The notes beneath the pieces are model-generated. The model was not told the DNA's origin. It made no database searches and saw nothing but the letters and a program-made list of their open reading frames with translations. Shown piece after piece: positions 25,501 through 37,709 of a DNA stretch of 64,000 nt. The DNA is from Phoronis australis (taxonomy: Eukaryota > Animalia > Phoronida). Location of the stretch: assembly GCA_002633005.1 (NCBI GenBank), contig NMRA01000186.1, forward strand, positions 599,479 through 663,478, in the 5' to 3' direction. The first letter of the stretch is position 1, and each line of letters begins with the position of its first letter. The position numbers and the translations under genes were made by a program.

Positions 25501-27414
25501 AAATCATCATCAGCCGCCCTCTTCACAGTCAGAAAATCATACCTAGAGTGGTTTGGTTGATAGAATGGCAGACGCCAATAAACAGACTCGAAAACAGTAA
25601 AAATGGCCATTAGGTGGCGCAAAGTACCTCGAATCCGTCCGAAAATGAGAGGATGGCATCATCTCACTAATAGATGTCTAACCGCCAAATTTTATGACAA
25701 TCCGTTGAGGACCTCCAAATCTACAGTGGTAAGCGTAAAAAAATTGAAATTGTCACTAGAGGGCACTCTTGTAGTTGAAGAGGTCTGAAATTCCTTGTCA
25801 TCTGTTGTCACCTTCATGGGAATACATCTGCCAAATCTCATTCAGATCCTGTGAAAGGTTTAGGAGATACAGTCGAGGGTGCAAAAACAAACAAAAAATG
25901 CCACTAGGAGGCGCCACAGTTGTCGAAGTCGTCAGAAAATCATCGTCAGTCGACCTCTTCATAGTAAGAACATATATGCTAATTTTCCAAATCATTCCTA
26001 GAACGGCGGACGCCAAAAACAGACTCGAAAACAGTAAAAATGGCCACTAGGTGGTGCAAAGTACCTTGAATCTGTCTGAAAACGGGAGGATGGCATCATC
26101 TCACTAATAGATGCCTAACTTCCAAATTTTATGAAAATCCGTTGAGGACATCTGAAGATACAGAGGTAAGATTAAAAAATAAAATTGCCACTAGAGGGCA
26201 CATCGGTACTCGGAGAAGTCTGAAAATCGTCGTCATCTGTTGTCAGCTTCATAGGAACACATCTGCCAAATCTCATCAAGATCCTGTGAGGGGTTTAGGA
26301 GACAGAGATGACTGCAATATCCGATCACATATAGATATGTGGGCGCATGAAAAAGAAAATTGCCGCAAGGGGGCACAGTGTTCGTCGGATCTGTCTGAAA
26401 GTCGACGTCTTCTCTTAGTGTCGCTAACTTTAAATTTAATAAAGAGCCTACAGAGGGCTTAGAAGATACACGCATGGGCGAAAGAAACTGCCACTAGGAA
26501 GTGCCATTGTAGCCGAAGTCATCAGAAAATCATCGACAAACGTCCTCTTTATAGTAAGAACATTCATGCCAAGTTTCACAATCATCTTTAGAGTGGTATG
26601 GTTGACAGAGGAATGGATGCCAAAAAACAGACTCGAAAACAACAAAAACGGCCACTAGGTGGGGCAAAAAACCTTGAATCAACCCAAAAATGAGTGGCTG
26701 GCGTCATCTCACTAATAGATGCCTATCTGCCAAATTTTATGGAAATCTGTTTGAAGATACATGTACAGAGGCAAACGTAAAAAAACTAAAATTGCCATTA
26801 GGGGGCACCCCAGCAGTCGATCTGTCCGAAAGTCGTTGTCGTGTGTTGCCAACTTCTTATAAATAGTAATAAAGATCTTGTAGAGTGTTTAGGAGTTACA
26901 GCCATGGGCGCAAAAAACAAACAAAAATGCCCCTAGGAGATGCTACAGTAGTCGAAGTCATTGGAAAATAATTGTCAACCATCCTCTTCATAGTAAGAAC
27001 ATACATGCCAATTTTCACAACCATCCTTGGTTGATAGAGGGACGGACACTCGAAAATAGTAAAAATGGCCACTGGATGGTGCAAAATGCCTCGAATCCAT
27101 CCGGAAATGGGAGAATAGTGTCGCCTCATTAATAGATGCCTATGTGCCTAATTTTATGAAAATCGCCTAAAGACCTTTGAAGATACAGAGGCAAACGTAA
27201 AAAAACTAAAATTGCCACTAGTTGAAACAACAGTATTCAGGTTGGTCCGAAACTTGTCGCCCTTTGTCGTCAACCCCATAGGTACACACCTGCCACATTT
27301 CAATAAGATCCTACAAGGGGTTTAGAAGATACAGCCACGGACGCTGGATGCCTGGACGCCAAGACAGAGATGTCGGCAACATGCACCCACATATAAATAT
27401 GTGGGCGCATAAAA
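22525..27414 (+). mobile_element. Cluster of nested/tandem non-autonomous Helentron-like (HINE) elements carrying a ~435-bp higher-order satellite (3 x ~145 bp)
   Basis: 5' ends (AACAAGAG..TGCGCCCAC) at ~22525 and 24783. 3' ends (TGGGCGCATRAAA), inverted to the 5' subTIR, at ~24088, 26350 and 27410. A terminal hairpin ATGCACCCACATAT-AA-ATATGTGGGCGCAT, GGAC-like microsatellite remnants and internal tandem repeats are present. Confidence 0.75.
24091..24322 (+). repeat. Minisatellite, six ~37-45-bp units (TGGACAGGTCCGTATCGACTGATGGCCTAATGAAAA)
   Basis: Six tandem diverged copies immediately after a HINE 3' end. Confidence 0.85.
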
Positions 27415-27868
27415 ATTATGGGTCATGGGTTGAAGAAATGTAAGAAAAATATGGGCGATGGTAAGAAATGAAAGTTCATTCCCCCTCCCATGCTTTTTAC
27501 AGGAAAAGCCCTAAGCATATTATATTGGTTTAAAGTAGTAATTTTTAGCTTTCAACAACCGACAACTATCTTCTACTAAAAATGGCAATAACTTAGCAGT
27601 CAACAATGAGTCCAGTCTAATTATCAAATCAATACATTGACGAAAAGTCATACTCACAGCACTATTAGGTCAAACCAAAATCACAAACCAGAATTAACCA
27701 ACAATACAAGAGGTGCTGAATCTTCACGTCCATGACTTTAATTCAGATCATGGTTTTAACACTTGTACTAAGAACGTTTTATTGTACTAAAAATCAAACC
27801 AAATAAATATATCACGAGAACTTGTTAACTTTTGGTGATTTAAACAAGTCGTTGTCAGCATAACATAC

Positions 27869-27928
27869 CTGGTTGGTTTCTGTTAGATTCAGGCTCTGAA
27901 TCCGAACTGGTGCTAGAAACAATAGGAT
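27869..27928 (-). CDS. EAF1: EAF coding exon 5 (Ser/acidic segment)
   Basis: tttgcag...gtatgt, a 60-nt phase 1-1 exon encoding (D)PIVSSTSSDSEPESNRNQP. This fits the Ser/Asp/Glu-rich transactivation region. Confidence 0.75.
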
Positions 27929-28819
27929 CTGCAAAAGCATTGACACCCACAATCAGTAAGTTGTGACGGTATAACCTGGCATTCTAAATGATAGGCTCGA
28001 TGTTAAACATCCTTAAGTTATGATTTGAGAAGTCATATATTTGATAGATAAACATCCACAAACTAATGCGACAGCTCACTAGCCACGCGTTCTATAAACA
28101 GATATTACTATAAGCAGATATTAATCTTAGACTATTAAATTTGTGCCACATGACACCTCCATTGGTTGATATGTGTGACAGCTCCAGCAACAGTTGTGAC
28201 AATCTGGGATTGTTCTCGGCTTAGCCTGTGTCTGTAGCTTCTATGACATTAGCACATTGAGGTGACACTAAATGTGGACAGACTATGGGAAATACTATTG
28301 ATCCTAGTACAAGTTTTATGTGCTTATAAATTAAAGCACAGAAAAGTCCAAGTAAATATTAAAAAATCTGCTAAGCTGTCACGGACCAATCACTGAGTGA
28401 CCATTGTCCAACGGGACTTGCAGGACACTTCCCTCACCTGCTGCTGGGTGATAATTTCAATGACTATTGATTGTACTGCCATTATATGTGTCATCAGAAC
28501 CAGTACAGCCCCCAACAGTCATTCAGCTGTCTACTGTCTCATGCTACTACTATCTTTTAGGTCTTAACATTAGACAGTTGAAGGACTATTCAATAAACCA
28601 AAAGCAAAAATAATTGAAAGCAACATGCATTAAAATCATTTATTAGCAATTACACTGTGCTTAAAAAAACGAGTCATCCTATTTACAACAACGTGCCTAT
28701 GACTATCTTAGCTACCACTGAATGTACAACCTTTTTATAAAACGTGTTTCCGATCTATTCCATAATAAATGAATAGGCAGAATTACCCTCACTAAATTTA
28801 CACAATTGCACAGTCATAC

Positions 28820-28983
28820 CTTTGTCAGGTGTAATTATAGCCGGTGTCTTTACTGCCTTGCTTGTTGTGCTCTTCTTTGTTTTGGGCTTTGATGGCGAGT
28901 TTTTGAGATCTTTCACTTTCACTGAATCAACTGGTGTTACAGGTCGGGAGGACTGCATTTGAGCCTTGCTGGCACCCTCCATT
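28820..28983 (-). CDS. EAF1: EAF coding exon 4
   Basis: ttatag acceptor in phase 2; (R)MEGASKAQMQSSRPVTPVDS...TPDK, compared with EAF 'RAEGSSKIQ'. GTATGA donor in phase 1. Confidence 0.88.
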
Positions 28984-29915
28984 CTATAAGACAAAATGTT
29001 ATTAAGGTTATATGTGAGACTCTACAAATATGATCAATTTTGGCCAACTTTGGAACATCACATTCACATAAAATGTTCAGGCAAGCTTTATGCGGTGTTC
29101 TCCAAAACAATGTTAGGAATTGCTTTTGCATGAGGGATAATTGGATATGATTTTTGTGAAAAAAATAAAGTTGAATAAAATGAAAACAAAATAGTTACTT
29201 TAATAGAAAATTGTAACAATGTTTTTGAGATTTTATCTTGAAGATTAATCACATGCTAAATTTGGTCATCAAATTGATCCTGTTGTCTTGCTATGAATGT
29301 ACCTTTTAAAACTAAATTTTACTAAAAAAACCACAACACAAGAGTTCATTGAAGGTCTACTTGGCTACAGACTACTACATCCTCTCTCATCCAGAGCTAA
29401 TGACTATATATACATATATATAGTATTACATAACAGAACCAGCCTGAGGTATACACCTGAGAGCTACTCATTCACCACAGGTTTTTCGTAACTGATCATT
29501 AGCGATTCCAAAATCTTTGTCTGAAATGTGTCATTTTCAACATAGCGAATTACGGTATTGTCTACTATTTCTTGCCTAGTTATCTTTGGCCATGTTGGTG
29601 AACCAAACGATCTTGAATGGAGCCCCCTGCGTGTGTATGGACAACCCTCGGGAGAGAGAACCCACCCTGTGTTCTAAGTAACCCTGCTACTACCATTAAT
29701 AACATTTCTAGTCCATACTGTACACAACAGTTCCCAAATATTTTGTTGAATGGGTTACCAGGAGGCGCCAGGATACCTAGATGATGTTAGCAGGGGATAG
29801 GAAGGCAGTCATACATCATACGTATGGATCTATTCTTCAGCTACTCTCTAGCCATCCAAACACTGCCCGTTTTACAAAATATTTGTGAAGCACAGTGTAT
29901 CTCCAACCCAGCTAC

Positions 29916-30052
29916 CTTGTTTTCTTGACTTGTATGTTATAGCTGAGCCTCTCTAAAGTGAAAGTGCCGGTGTTGGGGCTGTAGAGTAGCAGGCATTCCT
30001 TGGCACACGGCCTCTTGTTACCCTTATACACAGTGTGAGAGGTGCCAGAACT
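29916..30052 (-). CDS. EAF1: EAF coding exon 3
   Basis: cag acceptor; [45 protein letters not shown](R), matching the EAF core (KGNKRP...C.L......G...LE.LS..IQVKKTR). GT donor in phase 2. Confidence 0.95.
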
Positions 30053-31549
30053 CTGCAGCGATTGAAGAGAACACAGTGTAAATAGTTAACACAGTTAATG
30101 TTCTTCAACTTCAGACTTTCCATTTTGTTATGTACGTGGGATTTAATTTGAGAGGAGACAAAGAGGTCTCATGGCAAGAAACGTGTATTGAGAAAATCGA
30201 ACTAATAGAGTAGTCTCTGACTGTTCAATACAGCACTATACAGAATGGAATTTTTCATTCAGCCAGTCCTTGGACTGGCAAAATATTTAAGAATTATCTG
30301 TACTGACTGCAAGTCAGCCTCGTAAAAAATGCGCACAGATTCCGAATATTAGTTTCCTTAAAATATTTTAAAATTGCACAGTTCAACATAACAACCAAAC
30401 AACAAATAAAAACATACTAGGAAAAATTTTGTTTCGTCTGGAAAAAGTCGCACATTTTAGTAGAGCAGTGTTAAATTGACAACTAAATATGTTTATTATA
30501 TGTTAAGCGCAGAATAAATTTGAATTCAAAATTCAAAACACTCCCTTTCAGTGACTCAGTTTACCTTCTTTCAAATGTATACTCTTGTAAGTTATGTAAC
30601 CCAAAGATGCTCTCAAGCAAATCCAAGACCATCAGAACAAGGTTTGAGTTGCTGTTTAGTAGCAAAAAAGGCCTTTCTATTGAGCTCATTTTTGTTGTTC
30701 AAGTAGGAATAAGAAGTTGTGAACATGGATAAGTACATAGAAGCTACACACGACAGTCCACAGTGGTCTCAGTCCAGATCTCCCTTCTGAAGTTGATCGC
30801 TGGGATGGAACTAAAATTCAGCTAAAACTTGAATTAAACTATAAAGGTTTATCTCACTAAAATTTGTAACTTTGACTCTTGTTTTAAAGCAGGATTTGTG
30901 ATGATAAATCACTGCTTCAGTTATTATAGGAAGCGTGAGGGTAACTTTCTTCAGGGATTAAATTTGAGCAATCACCCGGTTCCTTGGACAGACGTGTCAA
31001 AAAAAGCAGTAGCAATAAATTTAGTTAACAGTATGGAGGTGAATCTTATTTTATTTTGGTAAACATTTCTCAAATAAGCAAACAATTAGGAAAAAGGGTT
31101 GACTTGGCGGGGACTCATGTTTCAGGGTCCTGGAGTTGTCGTCTTGGAACACTACTGGCAGAGTGTTTTTGTGAGAATCAGTAACAAGGTGCCAGGTGGT
31201 TCCCTAATGTAGAGACTATTTTTTCACTTAAGTGTTTGGTGTACAATTTACTCATTAAGTACTTCATCTGGAAGAATGATATTGTCTGTCATCAAAAAGA
31301 AAGTTAACTTCATCATTAATCTGGAACGGTTTGTGCCCTTCAGACGTCCTAGATTCCCCAGTGCATAATGTTCACAATCCCTACCCTACATGGCTATTAC
31401 TAGCTACCATATGACTAGCTGCTGCTATAAAACAGGCCATTAAATAGTCCTCATCACACACACACACACAATGCTGGTAAATATATAAGAGCGTATAACT
31501 AAGCTCCAGTGACTATGCCACAGTACATTCACCAGGAGCATCACTTCAC

Positions 31550-31644
31550 CTCAATATTTGGCACAGTTATCTGCACTTGATTCTTTTCACCTATTTCCAC
31601 TGCAGCCATTTTCGTGGTATCAACAGATGCAGGTTTGAAGTCAT
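31550..31644 (-). CDS. EAF1: EAF coding exon 2
   Basis: tttcag acceptor; T+AT gives Y, then DFKPASVDTTKMAAVEIGEKNQVQITVPNIE (the EAF hallmark YDFKPAS). GT donor in phase 0. Confidence 0.95.
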
Positions 31645-32272
31645 CTGAAATAAAACGTGGCAGATGAAATCTCTACCGGTGCACATCAGTTTAAAGGGGC
31701 ATTTTGTCGCTGTTTGGCAGTCAATGTTGAATAAATTCTTATTTGAAGCCCATTATCATGCTCATCCATTTTGAATTGCTGTTGAAACAGGCAATGGATA
31801 CACGAGCCATTTTGAAATTGGCAATTTTAGGGTTGGACAACTCAAATTAACTCAGAAGCACTTTCTCTGATAGCATCGATGTTCTTGTTACCAAATTCTG
31901 AGATCATTTGTATTAGCTAAGTGGCTAAATTCATTTTTCCATTTTTCTCAGCTAAACCCGTCATACCCCTTTCAAGCCAACTTTCTCAGTCAGATAAAAA
32001 CATAGGAGACAGGTTGATACATAGTTTGAAAGCTATCAGTGAGACCTAACAATTGGTAGATAATTACTTTCTTAGGAGGAAATTTTTATCTCAATTGGTC
32101 GAAACATTCTCTGATTATACGTCGGTCACAAATGGAATTGCCCCACTATAAAATTGGATTCGCCTCGTTTCTTTACTCGAATCACTAATCATCAGAAGTG
32201 ATTTTTGTTTTTACAAAGAGCTGACAGTTCATTACTCCTTACATCCACGCCATGACAAGCCAACTTGTAGGC

Positions 32273-32392
32273 GGCACTAGTTGGATATAATGGACCCTGA
32301 CTTAGAGAACCAGGCAATCACTAAATAACGGGCGTTATTTAGTGGATGAAACTGGTTCTCTTAATCAGGGTCCATTATATCCGACTAGCGCC
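32273..32392. repeat. 120-bp near-perfect palindrome in EAF intron 1
   Basis: GCACTAGTTGGATATAATGGACCCTGA...CACTAAATAACG-GG-CGTTATTTAGTG...TCAGGGTCCATTATATCCGACTAGCGC. Confidence 0.85.
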
Positions 32393-32914
32393 CTTGTAAA
32401 CCTTGGTTGGCCAGCAAATTCATCAGTTCTTTCAAGGCACTGAAATACCATCTAATTTGACAAATGCATAATTTGAAATACAAAATAGTAACTATTTCAT
32501 ATTTTTATTCGTCTGTAATTGCATTGCAACATCTATTTGATTTCATAATTTGAAACCAATCTCATTGTGATAAGTGGTCTAATTTTTGTTTGTGGTGGAA
32601 GATGGAATTTAAGCACGGTCTGGCATAGATCATGTAAAACACGGGCGGCTGGGCCAAGAGACAGTATGGCCGACCACTTTACGGTACGTACTAGATTAAC
32701 AGTTTACTCGACAGTCGACATGTCTATAGCTATACCAAAAGGTTTGACACGATAACATTAATTTTGATTTACACCTAAACAATGGTGGACACTGATACCA
32801 CAGGCAATGTCAGGAACCAATTTTGAACTACTATTTCGGGCACAGTCACAGACAATCTCTCGGCGCATTATTCATTTATTGTCGTCGGAAACGTAACCGG
32901 CAAACTTTGCTTAC

Positions 32915-33014
32915 AACGGATAGTGTGGAATGCACTATCTGGATCAGAGTCGAAACTGTTCCCAAGTATCAAATCATGTTCTTCTGTTCCCACAGAAAAC
33001 GGGTTATCCACCAT
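32915..33014 (-). CDS. EAF1: ELL-associated factor (EAF1/EAF2 family), coding exon 1
   Basis: ATG at 33014-33012 gives MVDNPFSVGTEEHDLILGNSFDSDPDSAFHTIR, matching the EAF N-terminus (EEHxLxLGxSF...FHTIRY). It ends at a GTAAGC donor in phase 1. Confidence 0.93.
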
Positions 33015-33084
33015 ATTCTCAATTTCAAATGTGAAATATGGACCCAGGGTGCTTCTGTTCGAACACACGATCTCCAATTTGTTC

Positions 33085-33122
33085 GGATACGGAAGTAAAC
33101 GAATATGACTGAAGATGGCGCT
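33085..33122. promoter_or_regulatory. EAF promoter region with ETS-type (CGGAAGT) and YY1-type (AAGATGGCG) motifs
   Basis: CGGAAGT at 33090-33096 and AAGATGGCG at 33112-33120 lie ~80-100 bp upstream of the EAF ATG. Both motifs are typical of housekeeping and bidirectional promoters. Confidence 0.45.
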
Positions 33123-35977
33123 AGTGCAACACGCGTATTGCCAGAGGACCGTAAGAGACGCTAACTTTAAAAATATCAAAGCATTAACTTAAGGCAAGGA
33201 GACTTTCAAAAGGCTAAGGACCCGCTTGCATGTGAAAGTCACCTATTTCTACACATGTAGTTAAACAGGGCCGAAGGAAGGAAGGGGGGGGGGCACGAGC
33301 ACCTCAAAATTTTTCAGGCATCAAGGTGGGCAACGTTGGCAAGCCGTGACAACCGACATAAGAGTTAGACCGGTGACATTCGAGGAAAGAAAGACTGCAT
33401 GCGAGAAAATTCTAAGAGAACATTTAACAACTCTGTTTTCAGTGCATGGTTTACCGTTTGAGGACCCTGGCCAGGACATTGTTGTTAGGGTCTCCGCTTG
33501 CATACATGGTAGGTCGTTTAAACGCACTTCAGTGAAAAGGTGCACCCAGTAGGCAATCACACACATATTTCGAACAAATGACAAAAATTGTAAAGCGAAG
33601 CTTTTGCGGAGCGTACTAATTTACCGGATTTTTGAATTCAATAAGTCATTTTTGTGAATGCAAAACTATATTTTTCTAGAGGCACCTCTCTGGCAAGGGG
33701 TAACCGAACTTGACGAAGATAACTCGCTTTATATTGTTTTCTCGAAACTGTACTATATCACTTTTGAAAAAATGATGATCTGACGGATAACATCAATTGA
33801 TGTGCATTTCTTGATTCTTGAAAATATAAATATTTTCATATTTTGGGGCCCCGACATTGATGACATTCAAGTGCATGGCCACCCTTTTTGTGATTTTATT
33901 GACAAATTCTTCAAAGCCGGGGCCGCTCACGGAGAGAAGGCCCAGGGCAATGTTGGACTAGATTACCTCTATTTTCCTGTTTTTTGTGAAATCGTGCGAC
34001 CGGCTTTCATGTTGTAGGAGGTCACCTGAGCATCGTTTTGAGGCCACACGACGATGGAATGAACTGTTACTTTTTTCCAAGCTTAATGATGTTTAACCTT
34101 TAATCTTCAAGGTGTCCATTTCAGTGGAGCACTGAGTTCGGGGGAAATATCCCTTTGTCCCTCTATACATATAAAAAGGCACTGCCAAGTACTGACGAGG
34201 GAAGTTGATATTCCAAATTCATCAAAAAACACAAAACATTCGTGTACAGCACAGCAGGATCGAGACATTTGATCAAAAAAAAACAAAAAATGTGAAAAGA
34301 TACAATAGGATTGTCTGCCATCGAAAGGGTGGAATTTTGAGGAAAGTGAAGACCACTATTTGTGAATAACACAAAAGGACTGTTTCCGATAAAGTAATGT
34401 TACCGTTTCCCAAAATAGCACAAGAATAGTATTTCTTTCGAAGGTAGTTACTGTGAGTTGTTTGTATGGAATTCTCGCATGTGGAAGACATAGCTGTCTA
34501 GGCTACTACTTGTGATGACCGTGTAGATGTCGAAATGGGGTAGCCAAAAAACTCTCGCAATCATAAACAAAGATTTCAGCGGTTTTTTGTCAGTGTAGTT
34601 AAAATTTACCTCGTGAACCGTTATAGGTACTGCAGAAATAAGCAAAAATACGTCTTAATACGAATGCCCCATCTCCCATGTTCCCCGGTTACCCGTCAAA
34701 AATCTATGAGTATGCATGCGGAAACTACTTATTACATTCCGTTTTGATAAACAAATTCGTTGTTTCTGATTTACTTGTCTATGTATCTACGAAAGTCGAT
34801 AGATTCATTTATGATGTTTGACAATTTGAAGCTAATCATGATCTTGTAAGAATTGATGATGTTTCAGTGAATTTAATGGCAGTCTGAAGTTGGAAAATCT
34901 CCATAATTCGATCCCCAAATAGTAAACTACACTTAGACGATTTTTGACTACAAAAGTTACTCTCAAAGACAATGATGAAATTCGGACTCACAAACCGTGT
35001 GTGATAACTGTCTTAGTATATAGTGGGCGTGTCTTCCATCTAGTTTAGTTGTTAGAGACCTCACCTCGTCTGGTCAGTTCGGGTCTGGCTGTTGGCCAGA
35101 ACGCATGTGTACTCATAGTTGCGCTAATATATAAACATGTAGTAAATGTGATCGTTTTAGCTGGTACATTCGGTCATCACATCGTGGATGGAAAAACGTT
35201 TTAAAAGTCCTTAATCATACTCATTGCTTGGAAAGGTTGTCTGCACTTCCTTAGTGCTTTTAGTTTCCGGTAGTATTGAGCAATGAATTTTTGAAACTGA
35301 ATTGTTTGCTTACCCTGATTCCCGTGTGTTCTGGCGCAGTGTCAGCGAACAATCGAGAGAAACACAGGTGATTCTACGTACGGACTAATTCTTTTATTCG
35401 AGTGCCGTCAGTACATAGACAAACCCTACAATCTCGACGACGAAACCAATAACATGCATACGTACACTGCACACAGATAAGTAATACGAAATACGAATGA
35501 ATGGAACTGGCGGGTAAAACGCTTTTAAATGTCAGTGCCACGTGACAAGTTCACAATCTGCCGGGGGGGGGGTACTTGAAAATGAGTAGGCCCTACAACA
35601 GGAAACAATACTTAATATACACAGGCAATATGAATGATTGCGTCTGCAGTAACACCGTGCACGTTATCACTAACGCCCCTGTTGAAATTAAGATGTAACC
35701 ATACAGTAGACCCGCGTAGAATCTCAGTGATCTACGGGAACTGAACTCCAGGCGTTGAAGTGTGCACATTTTTGGGACACACTCTGTATCATTTTCCCCA
35801 ACCACCAGAAACTGGACTACCGCTCGTGTTTCAACGAGGGATTTTGAAACAGCCCCAAAGGCACTATCGATACAAGGGATCTCGGGACCTCACCTTTTAA
35901 AAAACCTCCTTCAAAGAATGACCATAAAAATAAAGTTTTCCAGAAACCGGGTCACAATAAAACGAATCCTGAACGTA

Positions 35978-36137
35978 GCATGGGCGGATCCAGGACTGAG
36001 TTAGGGGAGCCAGGGCAGAGTATTAGCAAGGATTTTGTCTGTCAGACATTGGCACTCCCGAACTGCCCAATGGAGTCTTGGAGAATTTTAGGGGGGGGGG
36101 GCATGGCCCCCTTGGCCCCCCTCTAAATCCGCCACTG
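35978..36137. mobile_element. Short GC-rich MITE family (GGCGGATCCAGG ... ATCCGCC); related copies at ~45601-45765, 38262 and 50640
   Basis: Inverted ends GGCGGAT/ATCCGCC and the internal palindrome GGGGGGCATGGCCCCC are shared among copies. Confidence 0.55.
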
Positions 36138-36942
36138 CTTAGAGCCAGCGCAGACGGCCGGTACGAGCTGCCTGTCTCAAGTGAAGCATGGCTAAACTGA
36201 CCAGCAACTAGAATTTCGGGAATTTGGTATTTTCACACAGTGAGATCTCAGCTATAGCTACTTGAGGCAGCTCCTCGCTACCGGTCAATGTACTGGTCCT
36301 GGGCCCTTTCTTACTCTTCGTGTTGGTTCACAGTTACTCAACTCTTGATGGCTTCATCCCCGGGATTGTCCCAGGGGCGATCAGTTAGGGAGGCCAGGAC
36401 AGAGTATTAGTCGGGTTTTTCTAGTCAGAAATTCGCACCCAAAGGCAAATGGAAGCTGGAAGATTTAAGGGGGGGCCTTCCCCCCCCAAGTCCGCTGTAC
36501 CCCTGCATAGGGCGGATTTCAGAGATTCAGTACAAATATGGTGGCATCGGGAGTAGGCTACGGGGGCGGGTGGGGGCGTTGGCAAAAGTGGTGGCGATGG
36601 TAGGGGGGTACTTTGGCGAAGTCGAAAGTGTTTGTGCCCCCATAATAATTTTTGCCTTCTTACGTTCCTGAGTTTGCCTACTAACTATATGATTTAAATT
36701 CATTACACAGTGCAGGGAAACAAGAGTCAGAGGTGATAGGTAAGACACATCTCTCAAATACTCAGTATGCAGAGCTACCTGGCTAGTGTTATATATTTAC
36801 ATAACCTTTGGTTTGTTTTTCTTACAATACTAACACGATCTGGACTGACCCAGGCAAATACCTCGTCAAACCAATGACACTATTTCGAAGAAATCTATTC
36901 TTTGTTGATAACTTATAGTTTGGTAGTAGGACAAACCTAGCT

Positions 36943-37709
36943 ATGGCGTGTTTCAAGCCGAGCCTTGAACCTGCCAGTGGGTGTCAACCGACAGTCACAG
37001 GTCGTATGTCAAAGGCTGATCTACAAAATCATCTGAAGGGATCCAAGGTACTGCATTGGGAGGACTTATACCGACATTTCTTTCGTAAGATTAGTGCCGA
37101 CGAATTGGAATACACAATACCTACCATTTGTGATAAGCACTTAAAAGGAGGGTGCCACAAAGAAGGGAAGTGCCAGAGGCTTCACATATGTCCATATTTT
37201 GCAGTAGGTGGCGAATGTGGTCAAAATTGTTGTAAGTTTGGTCACAATTTCCTAGAACACCACAATAGCAAGTGTTTACGCATTACGGCAAGTGAAGGAA
37301 TTACACATGTGCTGCAGTTTGCTTATAAAAACTGCAGGCTACAAAATACGTTGCCGAGAACGTGCAGGTACTACAACTCCACATCAACAGGTTGCATTAA
37401 AAAGACGAGTTGTAGATTTTTACATGTGTGCGAACAGTATATAAACCAGACTTGTGAATCGGGAAATAGTTGCAACCGTTCACACAATATTTATGATGCC
37501 CAGCCAAAAACTATTTTGAAGAAATACAACGTTGACACTAATCGCTCGCCACAAGAAAATTTAGCTCAGCTTCGCCGATTTGAGATAGAAACAAAGGTTG
37601 GCACCGGGCACATTTCAAGTGCCCGTCAGAATAGTTCTGCAACAGATAAAGACGTGGAAATATGCATGTACTTTTTAAATGGAAACTGCATCTTCGGAGA
37701 CCATTGCAG
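36943..37709 (+). CDS. PARP12: PARP12/ZC3HAV1(ZAP)-like protein, tandem CCCH zinc-finger exon
   Basis: Four complete CCCH fingers in two pairs (e.g. CDKHLKGGCHKEGKCQRLH, CRYYNSTSTGCIKKTSCRFLH) plus a fifth (ICMYFLNGNCIFGDHCR) split at an AG|gtaagg donor. This is the ZnF1-4 + ZnF5 layout of PARP12/13. Confidence 0.88.

Noticed and set aside
23145-27129. Many 60-175-aa ORFs in the satellite clusters (also 46.5-48.1 kb and 57-58.2 kb)
   Set aside because: They are translations of the tandem repeat with inconsistent frames and stops between copies.
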